From Adineta vaga (lineage: Eukaryota; Animalia; Rotifera): a DNA stretch of 64,000 nucleotides. Below the pieces are notes generated by a model. It made no database searches, had not been told where the DNA came from, and saw only the letters and a list, made by a program, of their open reading frames with translations. The translations under genes were made by a program, and so were the position numbers. The DNA lies in contig CP075492.1 in NCBI GenBank assembly GCA_021613535.1, positions 14,012,001 through 14,076,000 of the forward strand, read 5' to 3'. Numbering within the stretch: position 1 is the stretch's first letter; the number at the start of each line of letters is the position of its first letter. Positions 26,401 to 37,817 of the stretch are shown here, piece by piece.

Positions 26401-28531
26401 GTTTGTGTTGATATAGCAGACAAACTTAAAGATAATCCAAAAGTTAACGTTGCTTTTCGTTTATCAATGGAAAAATTCGAATCTAAGAATGTTTCGTTCG
26501 ATATTGTTCGAGTGTCAAGTTTTTCATTGAGCTATTTAAATCGTCAAATGATTCTACTATTGTCATCTCGTGATGTACCCGATTGTGTTTTTCATAGTTT
26601 ACAGAATAGAATGATCGATGAAGTGATGTCAATTACCAATGATGTTCGATTAGCTTGTAATACTTTAGAAAAGTTTAATAAAAAAACAGGCGGAAATGGA
26701 ACTCATAATTTATTGATTGGTTTTTTGTCACGCTTTGGATTGACGAACGAACGATTTATTCAACAAATACTACTATGTTTTCAAGCATTTCAATTGAAAC
26801 GATTACGTACGAAAGCACAGATTTTGATCGAAAATGGATGTATGTTGTATGGTGTTGTTGATGAAACAAGCACTTTAAAATATCAAAAAGTATTTATTCA
26901 AGTTGATCGAGGTGAAAATGACAAGCCAAAAATTATCCAGGGTCCCGTAATTGTTTGTCGACATCCTTGTTTACATCCAGGTTAGATGTTATTTTCTTTT
27001 AATGTAGAATGAATAGTCCGTGTAAATTCATACTAGAGTAGAGAGTCTTTAATTAAACTTTATAGATAAACCGGAAACTTATCTATTTTTTGAAAACTTT
27101 CCATATGCAAATACATGTATGTACAATGTCTATGTTCCTATGTTTATTATAAGGAGATATTCGTTGTTATGAAGCTGTGGATAATCCTTTACTGCATAGT
27201 TTGAAGAATGTAATTGTATTTCCTATGGATGGACCTAAATCAATGACAGCAGAACTAGCTGGTGGTGATTTAGATGGCGATACATTTTGGATCAGTTGGG
27301 AACCACAATTACTATTTAGTGAAAATTATCCGGCGCTTTGCTATGATAATCAGACATATAGAACGAATAATGCAAATGATGATCGATCAAATCAAACGTA
27401 TGGGATTGTCGACATTTGCCGTTTCTTTGTTGAATATATAGAAGCCGATAATCTTGGTGTCATTGCAAACTGGCATATGGCACTTGCAGATTTACATGGT
27501 GTTGAAGATAAACGATGCTTAACTTTAGCTGAGATGCACAGGTAGAAATGAAAGCTATATGTTTAGAGTAAAAATATCCCTTTTTTTAAATCTAGTATTG
27601 CCGTCGATTTTGTCAAAACGGGTCGGCGTTCAAAGTTTTTATCTAAAGAGCTTCGGCCACTTAGATTTCCTGATTTCATGGAGAAAAGAGACAAACCAGA
27701 ATACATTTCACCATCGATTCTGGGTCAATTGTATCGAGAGGCAAAAAAATACACTATCAATCTCAATCCGAATCAAAATTCTACTTATAAATCATTCCCA
27801 TATTCGTCCTTGCTCGTCGATGGATATTCCTTTTATATTAACGATGCTAAAATGCTCAAACAGGAATACGATCATGAATGTAAGTAACATATAAATAATA
27901 AAAAGCTTAACTCTTCTGTCCTTTCAGTACGACGAATTATGCGGCATTATGGAATATATCGGGAGGGAGAAATCATATCTGGTTACATACTGAAATTTAT
28001 GAGTAAACAATATGCTAAAGAAGGTAAAATCTTTGAATTATCTAATGAAATTGCTCATGTGATTAGAACGATGCGTAACAGGTAAGATAATGATATAAGT
28101 TAGCAATTTTTGAATTTTCGATCAATCTTAGATATATTCAAGAGTTCTGGGAAGAGTTTTATCTAGTGCCATCATCAATTGAAGAGCATCAAGAGGAGAA
28201 TAATCGTCTTTGGCGGGAAGTAGGTCCAAAATTAACATGGCAAAATCAGTTAGAACAAGCTGATTTCCATAAAAAACACACAATTCAAGTAGAACAAAAA
28301 GCATCAGCCTGGTTTTATATAACATATAAAAAAAGAAGAAAACACAAGAAATCTGTAACAAATCAACGAGAACAATTTTACAGTTTTGCCTGGCTGATTT
28401 ATCCAGTACTATTTAATATTTACGAGAATCATCGAAATGAAACAGTAGATGATATTGAAAAAGGTAACGGAAGACGACGAAAGAAAAAACAAAAACGACG
28501 ACGTCGACAAAAGAACAGAAGAGGACACTAA
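23487..28531 (+). CDS. Cellular (RNAi-type, RDR/EGO-1/RRF-like) RNA-dependent RNA polymerase with acidic N-terminus and RRM; ~11 exons
   Basis: RRM RNP2 IFVGSI and RNP1 GYAFVFF. RdRP motifs: FLRVSFRDE, YEFLAFSSSQLREHSCW, KMAARLGQSFS, TDGIG, PSAFQVRCGGYKGM, YLNRQ, YGVVDE, RHPCLHPGDIR, catalytic AGGDLDGDTF, NLGVIANWH, SIAVDFVKTG, PDFME. Basic C-terminal tail. Confidence 0.95.
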
Positions 28532-29219
28532 AATTTGACAATGCTTTATTTGTATAATTAATATACAAGAATATATAATTCCTTATACATATAATAAATA
28601 TGATTCTGCCATTTTTCTTCTCATAATTATGTAAAATTACTAAAACAAATAAATGTTCACATTTATTGACAATCGAATTCTATATCTCCATCTTTGTAAA
28701 TCGCTTGAAATTCTTTCCATGTTTGATATTTCGTTGCTTTTTCATCGAAATCTTCATGATGTAGATATGGTGCATGAAGAAAATAATATTTAATTGTATA
28801 GCAAACCCTATCTTGGTCAGGCGAATTACTTGCGTGTACAAGTTGAAAGAGCAAAGACATATTCAAACGATGGAAATCAAGTTCAAGATTTCATGATATA
28901 TATATATACAATGACATTGAAAACTAAATTTATCTACCGGTTGTGCAATAGCCTTATAGATAGAAGAAGAGATATTAAGTAAATATTGTTTTGACCCAAT
29001 ATCAACGCATGTTCTTCAGAGAATCGATGGAGTGAAACACAAAGATGATTTTCTCTCATTCGCTGTTAAGAACAAACAATCTGTAGTTATTGTGTAGAAT
29101 TTTAAAATGACAACAAATATTAAAAACATTCGAGAGGAACAGAGAGAAAAAAATCCAACGTGTTCGTCTATGTGAATTCGTACAAATCAATTTAGAGGAG
29201 AAACGAACGAATTTTTAAA

Positions 29220-30251
29220 ATGTGTAAAATTGAAAGAAAGAAATTGTTTATATTTTTATCAATATTTTTCGCTCTTATCATCATTATTACTCTTCTGTAC
29301 GTAACTTACAATCAATATAACACATATCCACTAATACTATCAACAGGCTACAATTGTTCCTGTTCATTTCAATGTATTTCAACATGTCAATCTATGAACA
29401 ACACAAATCGTACATTTCTTTATATTAAATGGGGACATGGTGGATTTTGTAGTGAATTGAATCAATTATTATTAGCATTTGCTTATAGTGTATCAACACA
29501 ACGACATTTCCTTATTGATAGTTATGCATGGAATTATGGAAACTTTTCCGATTATTTTTATTTACCATCAACAAACGATTATTTCCAAATAAATCGTACG
29601 CATTTGGTTCAAAGTAATGAACAAAATGAATTGGTTAATCATCTAAAAACTACAGGTGTTGGTATGCAGCTAAATCTATTTTGGATCGCTTCTTTAGAAG
29701 TACAATCGATTGAAAAACTTCGTTATGTGGCACACTATCTATGGAAATCAATATCGAAAGAAACATCGGAGTTTATTCATCGTTACAAACTAAACATTTT
29801 ATCAGATTATATTGGGATTCACGTTCGACGAGGAGATAAACTCATTGAAGAAGCACGTGAAATACCGTTAAGTAGATATATTACATCGATTGAATCAGTT
29901 TTGTATAATGATACAAGTATTCAATCGATATTTGTTGCTTCAGATGATCAGAGTGTTGTAGAAAATTTAAGTCAATTGAAACCAGCATGGAAATTCATGA
30001 ATATAAAGAGAAATAAGTCTCAAAGAATAAGTAGATTTGGTCATTTTCAACAAAATTTTAATCAACAAACACAGAAAGAGAAATTATTTGAGACACGTTT
30101 ATTTTTATGTGAATTGCAAATGTTTATAGAAGCCAAATATGTTATATGTGGGATGTCATCAAATGTTTGTCGATTTATACAAATTTTAAGACATCAACAT
30201 TCATCTACGGTCATTTCATTGGATAAATTATGGAGTGTAACATATAAATAA
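29220..30251 (+). CDS. Alpha-1,6-fucosyltransferase-like (GT23/FUT8/NodZ superfamily) type II membrane protein, intronless
   Basis: N-terminal TM anchor, GGFCSELN, GIHVRRGDK, IFVASDD, SSNVCR. Confidence 0.85.
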   Translation: MCKIERKKLFIFLSIFFALIIIITLLYVTYNQYNTYPLILSTGYNCSCSFQCISTCQSMNNTNRTFLYIKWGHGGFCSELNQLLLAFAYSVSTQRHFLIDSYAWNYGNFSDYFYLPSTNDYFQINRTHLVQSNEQNELVNHLKTTGVGMQLNLFWIASLEVQSIEKLRYVAHYLWKSISKETSEFIHRYKLNILSDYIGIHVRRGDKLIEEAREIPLSRYITSIESVLYNDTSIQSIFVASDDQSVVENLSQLKPAWKFMNIKRNKSQRISRFGHFQQNFNQQTQKEKLFETRLFLCELQMFIEAKYVICGMSSNVCRFIQILRHQHSSTVISLDKLWSVTYK

Positions 30252-30261
30252 CAATCAGGTA

Positions 30262-30560
30262 GCTGTAGGAAGACATCAGTGCTGCTGCCACCTTAGTTTG
30301 CGACTATGATGTCAACCTTTTTATCATTATTAACATAAGTTACTGACAAAGATTGTGATTGTGAATTAATATAAGTTGGACTTGTACACGCTGTTTGAGG
30401 AAGAAATGTACCATCACGGGCATGAATAAGAAGACCAACATTGTTTGTATTATAGTTTGCAACAATAATATCGAGTTTATTATTACTGTCTATATCAACT
30501 ATGAATAAAGAAAATGGCCTTGAACTTGCACCAGTCGAATAAACTGTTTGTGTATTGAAT
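30262..30560 (-). pseudogene. FG-GAP/VCBS repeat gene fragment
   Basis: Two repeats (DIDSNNKLDIIVANY; YVNNDKKVDIIVAN*) with an internal stop and no credible start. Confidence 0.7.
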
Positions 30561-31322
30561 ATTCTACTACAATAAGAGAAAGAATACTTCAAGCATTTTC
30601 GAAAATGGGCAAGCCATACCTGTGATTTTGCTGTTGTCAAAGTCATAAACCATTGCAGTACTTGAAGGGACAAATTCTTACGGATGCCATTTCTTCAGTG
30701 AAAGGAAGGCATTGTGATGAATTAACGAACTATCGAGCACAGCTGTGTTACAAGATTTATATTGAAATGCACATAGAGTAATATGTGAAAGAGTATTCGG
30801 CATTTTCTTCTACACAAATATGATCTTAGAAAATAAATGTTAAAGTAGTTCTAATTTTCTTTCAGTTAATCAAGTTGATAAGATTAGATTTATAGAACAT
30901 GAAAACTGGTAAATCTTATTTTTCTTGCAAGTCGTTGATACATCAAATATAATTATAGAAAAAATTGCGAATTTATCTATCGATTATTCATACATTCACA
31001 ACGTAACGCATAGGTTCTTCTCTATAGATACTTTCACGTTCTACAGAATTCGATTTATTCGATACTCAACATGCGAAAATAATCCAACAAACAAAAATCA
31101 AAACAATGATCATGTTTTGCTTTTTTTGTTGTATATGAATAATATAACCTTGAATAGTATAATGGATAGTGCCTTTTTCTTCTCCTTCTCTCTCTCTCTC
31201 ATAACGTCATCGCGATAGCCACATTAAGAAAATAAACCCAACGATGCGCACTAAATAGAAAAAAGACAAAACCACTCGTATACTTTGTACTCTCGCGGTT
31301 ACGCACGTTAAATATAAATCGT

Positions 31323-31838
31323 ATGGCTGGCCTAGCAAAAATCTTAAATGGACATGTTTTAAATAGATCTAACGAACGAGTCAATTTGAAAGATAGAAAA
31401 TATCAAGGACAAGTCTTCGGTCTCTATTTTGGTGCTTCTTGGTAAGAAGTTCAATTTATTTTTCTTTGAATAAAATCCAGAGATTCGCTGTTGGTTTCTT
31501 TTTTACATAGGTGTCAACCCTGTCGTGCATTTACTTCACTTTTAAGTGAGATTTATGAAGAATTCCATCGAGAAAAACAGTTCAAAGTTATCTTTGTCAG
31601 TGCAGATTCTGATGAGCGATCTTACAAAGAATATTACAAATCAATGCCTTGGCTAGCGATCGATTTTAGAGATCAACATATACGAGATACCTTAATAACG
31701 AACTATAACGTCACTGATGTTCCAAAATTAATTTTACTCGATGGTGATTCAGGCAAAACGCTTTGTACAAATGCCAAAGAACAAATTCTGCATTTAGATA
31801 CAGAAGGAAAAAATTTTCCATGGAAATCATCAAGATAA
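31323..31838 (+). CDS. Nucleoredoxin/tryparedoxin-like thioredoxin, 2 exons (intron 31442-31510)
   Basis: LYFGASW|CQPCRAFT (WCxxC), VIFVSAD, MPWLAI, NFPW. Confidence 0.9.
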
Positions 31839-32040
31839 ACTAAGTCTCCCATTATTTTTCTGTCTTTTCTATTCATGCTATATGTTTTACACATTCGAAA
31901 TAAAAGAAAAGAAATAGTTCTATGTGACATCTATCGTCTTTTGATTTTATGATAATGGTTGAAATATTTGACCAATGTGTAACAATTAGTCTACGTAGTA
32001 TAGTATAGGTTTTTCGTATTTCGATGAAGAAGTTGATTAT

Positions 32041-32979
32041 ATGATTGACGCCGTATCAATTGATCTTTTTCGAGATTTATTTCCTCATCTATGGCGATTA
32101 TTGGTTCCTTCAGTTCTTATGCAACTAATTATCAATGCACCATGTTCCTATTTTCGTTTGATGGATAATTTTACTGGTTTAATTGAATTTATACCAGGTC
32201 TTATTTGGTCACTGTATTATAGTTGGCAAAGACAGAATTATTCGTTAGAATTTCGTCAGATATTTGTAACATTATGTGTTTGTTTATGGTCATTACGATT
32301 AGGTGGATTTTTGATCTATCGTATGTTGATTATCGGTCCTTTAGATACTCGAATTGACAATTTGAGAAGAAAATATGGCCAATTGGGAGTTCTTGGTTTT
32401 TGGTGTGGACCACATGGATTTTGGTCGTTTATTTGTTGTTTACCAGTAACTTTATTACATACATTACCATTGATCGAAGGAAAATCCAATATTTCAGATT
32501 GGATTGGAATAACGATATGGTTATGTGGATTTATTATGGAAACCTGGGCAGATCGAAATAAGTTACAAGCTAAACTAGTCCGAGAAGGAAAATACTATCA
32601 TCTTGGTGTCTTATGGAATTATTGTCGTAATCCGAATCATTGTGGTGAAGTCTTCTGCTGGTTAGGATTATCAATTATTGGTTTCAATCTATTTTTTCAT
32701 CAATCCTCCTATCAATATAATCTATGTATATTCGTTTTATTATTAATTGGTCCATTATTTACTTTATCTGCGATGTTATTCGAAGCTACATTAACATCGG
32801 AAATTAAAAATAATCAACGATTCGGCCATCAATTAGATTATCTTCAATATAGAAAGCAAACTTCTATTCTTTGGCCAATACCATCAATATTTTATCTTCG
32901 GCTACCCAGTTGGATACGAAAAATTTGTTTTTTTGAATTTAATTTATATAGTGAAGGATTGAAGAAGCAGATTGAATAA
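32041..32979 (+). CDS. DUF1295 / steroid 5-alpha-reductase-like multi-pass membrane protein, intronless
   Basis: WSLRLGGFL, D.R, ETWAD..K, LWNYCRNPNHCGE...W.G, Y..Y...T motifs. Confidence 0.85.
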   Translation: MIDAVSIDLFRDLFPHLWRLLVPSVLMQLIINAPCSYFRLMDNFTGLIEFIPGLIWSLYYSWQRQNYSLEFRQIFVTLCVCLWSLRLGGFLIYRMLIIGPLDTRIDNLRRKYGQLGVLGFWCGPHGFWSFICCLPVTLLHTLPLIEGKSNISDWIGITIWLCGFIMETWADRNKLQAKLVREGKYYHLGVLWNYCRNPNHCGEVFCWLGLSIIGFNLFFHQSSYQYNLCIFVLLLIGPLFTLSAMLFEATLTSEIKNNQRFGHQLDYLQYRKQTSILWPIPSIFYLRLPSWIRKICFFEFNLYSEGLKKQIE

Positions 32980-33532
32980 AAAACAATTTTTTTTTCATAT
33001 AAATAATGCTTTTTATCTATAGGAGGAAATGTGAGTGTGAGTATTGTATCGTATTGTTCTACCATGTTGAGGATGGCATAGTCAACAGAAGGGTCTGGAT
33101 GGATTTTCGATAACATAAGTGTCATTGAACTAGCGGATGACTATTCGCTTTGTCGGTGGGCCAAGGTAACGATTAATTTAAGCGCTAATTATATTTTCAA
33201 ATGTCACATAGTACATATTAGAAAGTAATAGTGAGCTATCCAGACGACGCATCTTAACTTTCTCAAAAAAGCATTTCTGTATATCACAGATGCAGATTTT
33301 ATTTTGCTTTTTATCAGGAAAGTAACTTAAATACGAAGATTAACCTTCATCATAGGCAAAGCAGGATATATCGTCAGTTTTTCTTTCTTCTACAAAAGAA
33401 ATTCTCAATAATATCTAGTAATGAATCATAGTTTTGCATCAAATGATCGCGATTTTTTATTTTGTTAAATTCTCATACAATCAGCTGGGCCATGAGTCTA
33501 ATCAAAAAAAAAAAGAGAAAGACGAACAATAA

Positions 33533-34537
33533 TTAATTAGTGTTTATTGTGTGTCGTTGAGTAAGGCCAATAGAGACAGTATTTGACTGTTCTCTTTCTG
33601 GTCGTTTGATGATTTTCAATATGAATTGCTTGATTTCTTGACGAAAAGCTTTCGATACAGTAATGTATAGATAGAAAGTAATACAATAATTTAAATAGAA
33701 TAAAACAATAAGTATGAAAAAAAACATGAATCCTTCAATTGCAATACGATTCACACTTTTATTTAATACATCACTTGCTAATACGGTATAAAGTGTATTA
33801 ATTGGAAAAGGAATTGTAAGAATCAAACCAATGATAATTTCAACTAAAACAAGTTTCATCAAAGTAACGTCTCGTTTTGATAGAACATTTCGTGTTTGGT
33901 TGTCAGTTTGTATTTGAGGTTGGACACGAATACGAACTGTTTTCAAATTCTTTGCAGTAAGATAAGCGAAAATTATTTGTGTAACTGGCAGAATTAAACC
34001 ATAAATAAAAATCTGATAAAAACTAAAAAATAGTCCATATGTGCCAGATGGAAAACATTGATTGTTTTGAATAGTTTCCTTAATTGGTAAATGTATTGAA
34101 ACTAACATCCCAAATAAAGTCAATCCAATAATTATTTTAATTGCCATTTTTGGTTTTGTGAGGCCACGTATTTTAACATTAGTTGAACACACTGCAAAAC
34201 GATCCATGCATGCCAATGATATCATTATTTTATACATAAGTGTTGAAGATTGTAAAAGATAACCTCGAAAGCGACAAAGAAAAAGTGATTGAGTAAATGG
34301 ATCTGGTGGATTATAGGCAGTATACATATTTGTACCAATTCCACAACTAATACCAATAATAGTAAAGGTTGCAGCAACTAATAAATATAATGAACAGGAA
34401 TTTTTTCGATGATGTTTTTGACTGAAGATAAGTATGATAAATAAAGTACCAATAATACCTAATGTTAAAGATATAGGAAAGCCATAACGGATAATACCTT
34501 GTTGTATAGATGCGAGAGAAGCAGCGAGAGATGACAT
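33533..34537 (-). CDS. Rhodopsin-like 7TM GPCR, intronless
   Basis: RKNSCSLYLL, DRF, NYCITFYLYI..SKAFRQE; 7 TM segments. Confidence 0.9.
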   Translation of the reverse strand: MSSLAASLASIQQGIIRYGFPISLTLGIIGTLFIILIFSQKHHRKNSCSLYLLVAATFTIIGISCGIGTNMYTAYNPPDPFTQSLFLCRFRGYLLQSSTLMYKIMISLACMDRFAVCSTNVKIRGLTKPKMAIKIIIGLTLFGMLVSIHLPIKETIQNNQCFPSGTYGLFFSFYQIFIYGLILPVTQIIFAYLTAKNLKTVRIRVQPQIQTDNQTRNVLSKRDVTLMKLVLVEIIIGLILTIPFPINTLYTVLASDVLNKSVNRIAIEGFMFFFILIVLFYLNYCITFYLYITVSKAFRQEIKQFILKIIKRPEREQSNTVSIGLTQRHTINTN

Positions 34538-34793
34538 AATAAATATTTGTGAACTAATAAATAAAATAAAGGAATTATTTTTATTCTATAAAATTTTCTT
34601 GTTTTAGTTTTTTGTATTTAGCTTGCACTTTTCAAACTAGTTCTCTATGTATTACTTGATTTTATGGTCAAATAAATTCTGTACAACTCATAAGAAGGTT
34701 TATTTTACAAAGCAACTTAAATTTCATTCCCGCTAAACTCTGATGTGACGTCAATGTTTGTCAAATGTCATAATCAGAAGATTACAAAATTAC

Positions 34794-34960
34794 GGGGTGG
34801 GTGTGGGTACTCTTTAATTAGGACCCACACCCTCACACATATTTCCATAACAACATAGTATCATACAAGATTTTACTTGTCTTAGCACTTTTCTCTACCG
34901 AATTGATACCAAATTACTTAACGGATACTCAATTTCGGATGATATGCTCAACGATTACCT
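34794..34960. mobile_element. Probable non-autonomous DNA-transposon remnant with a telomere-like hairpin
   Basis: Perfect 10-bp inverted repeat GGGTGTGGGT (34799-34808) / ACCCACACCC (34823-34832), from the same motif family as inside the 16.8 kb element. The right boundary is a guess. Confidence 0.35.
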
Positions 34961-35557
34961 AATTGTGGGTACGAAGAATATGAAAGAAGAATATAATTAA
35001 ATAACATTTACATCTAATCTACGTCGACCTCATGTATTATTTACAACAAAAGAAAAACAAATCTTCTACGTAATAGATCAATACTTACGTTGTTGCTCAT
35101 TTAAATAGAAGAAAGTGTCAATCGAAGATTCTTCCTCTCCTGATGAAGATTTTCCTCTTGTTCAAGTAAAAGTCATGAATCTGATAAGAAATTCTATTAA
35201 GACATGTGAGAATAGAGTATCAAATGTTTTCTTTGACTATAAAAAGCAAGATTTGTTCAAATTTCGACAGTGTCTGATATAAACCAGTTGAAAGAATGTA
35301 AGTAATGTTGTGAATTCTAGATGTTTTCACATTTCTTCCTAAATAAAACAGTAAAATACACTTTGTGCGACGATAGAGTACCTATATAGAAAATTACGAA
35401 GAAAGTTTTAAAACTGCTCTTGTTTTAATATTGATGTCGGTAAATGATTGTATTTTATTATAAGAATCAAGAAATCTCTAGTAAAAAGAGCTAATCTATT
35501 TCAGGAAATATCTTACGAATAAATATTTTCTAGTTGTTCCACTTGTTATTTAAATAA

Positions 35558-36672
35558 ATGTCAAACTCATCGTTGCCTTTTTCAATCAATTTTCCATTCA
35601 TAAATCAATCAATTAATCGTTATGCTACGATTCCACTTCTATTTTTTGGTATCATCGGAAATATTTTAAACATAGTCATATTTACACGTAAAATATTTCG
35701 TAAGAATATCTGTGTCATTTATTTCTTGGCATCAACAATCTCGGATTCATTTTCTATTGGTATCGGTCTTCTCACTCGTTTACTCAATGGATTTAATATT
35801 GATCCAGCACAAGTTTCAAGTATATTTTGTAAATTCCGATTTTTCGTAACATATTTAGCTGCATTTACTGGCGCATGGTTTGTTAGTTTAGCTTGTATTG
35901 AACGATATTTTTTTTCATCAGCAAATGTTCATCAACGTCAACGTGTTACAATCAAACGTGCTTATCTCTCAATCGTTTTCGTAGTCATATTTGGAATTAT
36001 TGCATTTAGTGAACAATTTTATTGTATTGACATTAATCAACAATTCTTAGGTGCACCACAATCATGTTATCAATTGAAACAGAATATCGCATGTCAAATT
36101 GCTGATAGTTTAATACAATTCTTATTAGAAATCATATCACCTGCAGTGGTAATGATTGTCTTCGGATTTTTATTATTGAAGAATATTTATCGAAAGCATC
36201 GTCGTATTAATGTACCACATTCAATAAATTCACTTATTCCAATGGTACCATCGTCAATAGTAAATCAACGTGTTCAAAAACTTCGGCAACAAACAATAAA
36301 CATTCGATCTGTTTCAAACACACATTCTTTGCTCGTAGCAATAAATCGAACAGTACAGAAACGTGATGCACAATTAATTAAAATATTACTTATACAGGTA
36401 AGAAAAAAAAATGTGAACTATTTCTCTCACATTAATTATCTTGATAGGTTGTTATCTTCATTATATCTGTATTTCCTGTTAGTATCTACAAATTCTATTC
36501 TGTAGCAACAATTTATACGCCAAGATCGAATCTACGTCAATTAATTGAAAATACCGTATTTAATATTTCTGTCATATGTTTCTTTCTTAACAATACAATT
36601 AAGTTTTACATCTATACCTTATGTGGTTCCATATTTCGAACGGAATTGATTAAATTAGTTCGTGCAAATTAA
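35558..36672 (+). CDS. Rhodopsin-like 7TM GPCR, 2 exons (intron 36398-36447)
   Basis: GIIGN, RKNICVIYFLA, ERY; exon 2 supplies TM6-7 ending NNTIKFYIYTLCGSIFRTEL. Confidence 0.9.
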
Positions 36673-37096
36673 ACATTTTAGTTTCATTGTTTTTTGGATT
36701 TTAACGTATGTCATCGCACATATCCAAATTCTCAACTCCATAGAATATAAAGCAACAAGAAAAACGAATAAATTTTTTCGAAATTTTAATCATCTTTATG
36801 AAAATATCTATGAATTTTTTTCTCAATTTTCGAATAAATCTTCGTTCAAAATGTAACACATATTCGACTATATGACATGTAAATAATTCATCTCTTTCAT
36901 ATCTAAACACAACTAAGCATAACTGATGTTGTTACATGAGAAAGAATTATAATCGTTTTTATCGTCTTTGATTTTATAGAGTAGATAATCAGAAAAGACG
37001 AATAAAATTTCTTATTAGCAATCTTTGTAATATCAAATGATTAAAAGAAATAAATTGTTGATGAGCAATAAGTAAAACCGAGGAGAGTATTTTCAT

Positions 37097-37648
37097 TTAT
37101 ACTTTTGAAGAAACTTGATATGCTGGTGGTGGTGGTGGACAGGCACCAGGATTAACATATGATCGTGGTAGAGATACGACTGGGTTAGCCCTTGTTCGTT
37201 GTTGTCGTCGTCGACGGCATACCAAATTACAAACTGCAATTATGAAAATGGATCCCAAAACAATGCCGAAAATAACACCGATCAATTCACCAAGTGTAAG
37301 AACTCCCCAGTAACGATTACTGATACAATAGGGATAAGTACCACAACTTGTACTAGCTAGAAAAAAAAACGGTTTCATTAGTTACATGAAACTCGCGATG
37401 AAAAGAAGTAGACTTACTTGGACAACAGAATGAAAGTAATCCTGAGCCACAACATCGAGCTACGAGATAAATTCATTAGAGGATATCATATAAAAAGAAT
37501 TATTAAACAAACCTGGACGACCGTTATAGGCAGTGCTACAACCAGTATTATAAACGCAACAACTAGTGCAATCCGATGAAACGTACCATGGAGCGCAAAT
37601 AAGAATCGTCAAGACTAATGACGCAGTTAGTGAAGTAAAAGACGACAT
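37097..37648 (-). CDS. Small Cys-rich single-pass membrane protein with PY motif (Shisa/WBP1-like architecture), 3 exons
   Basis: Signal peptide; Cys-rich ectodomain (CTSCC..C / RCC..FCCP / SCG.YPYC); TM; RRRR stop-transfer; PPPPPAY. Confidence 0.75.
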
Positions 37649-37817
37649 GATAGTTTTATTTTGAAGTGAAACAACTGAAGATGTGTTTAGTATTTATTGT
37701 TTTTCTTTTCTCTCACATCGTTATCATATCTCTTCAAATTGTAGATAACCGATGAATGACATCATATTTTTAGTCATTATTGTTGACGCAAATATTCTGT
37801 CGAGTTCGAACAAATAT

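Noticed and set aside
28663-28866. Short ORF with LVHASNS..DR...TIKY, reminiscent of a PhyH dioxygenase C-terminus
   Set aside because: Too short and the motif is incomplete; it cannot be supported without a search.
33020-33140. EGSGWIFDNISVIEL-like peptide resembling a Polinton polymerase N-terminal motif
   Set aside because: A single short match interrupted by a stop, with no other Polinton genes or TIRs.
35120-35195. CTGATGA...GAAA as a hammerhead ribozyme (Penelope/Athena type)
   Set aside because: The required stems are not present; the region reads better as a decayed coding fragment.
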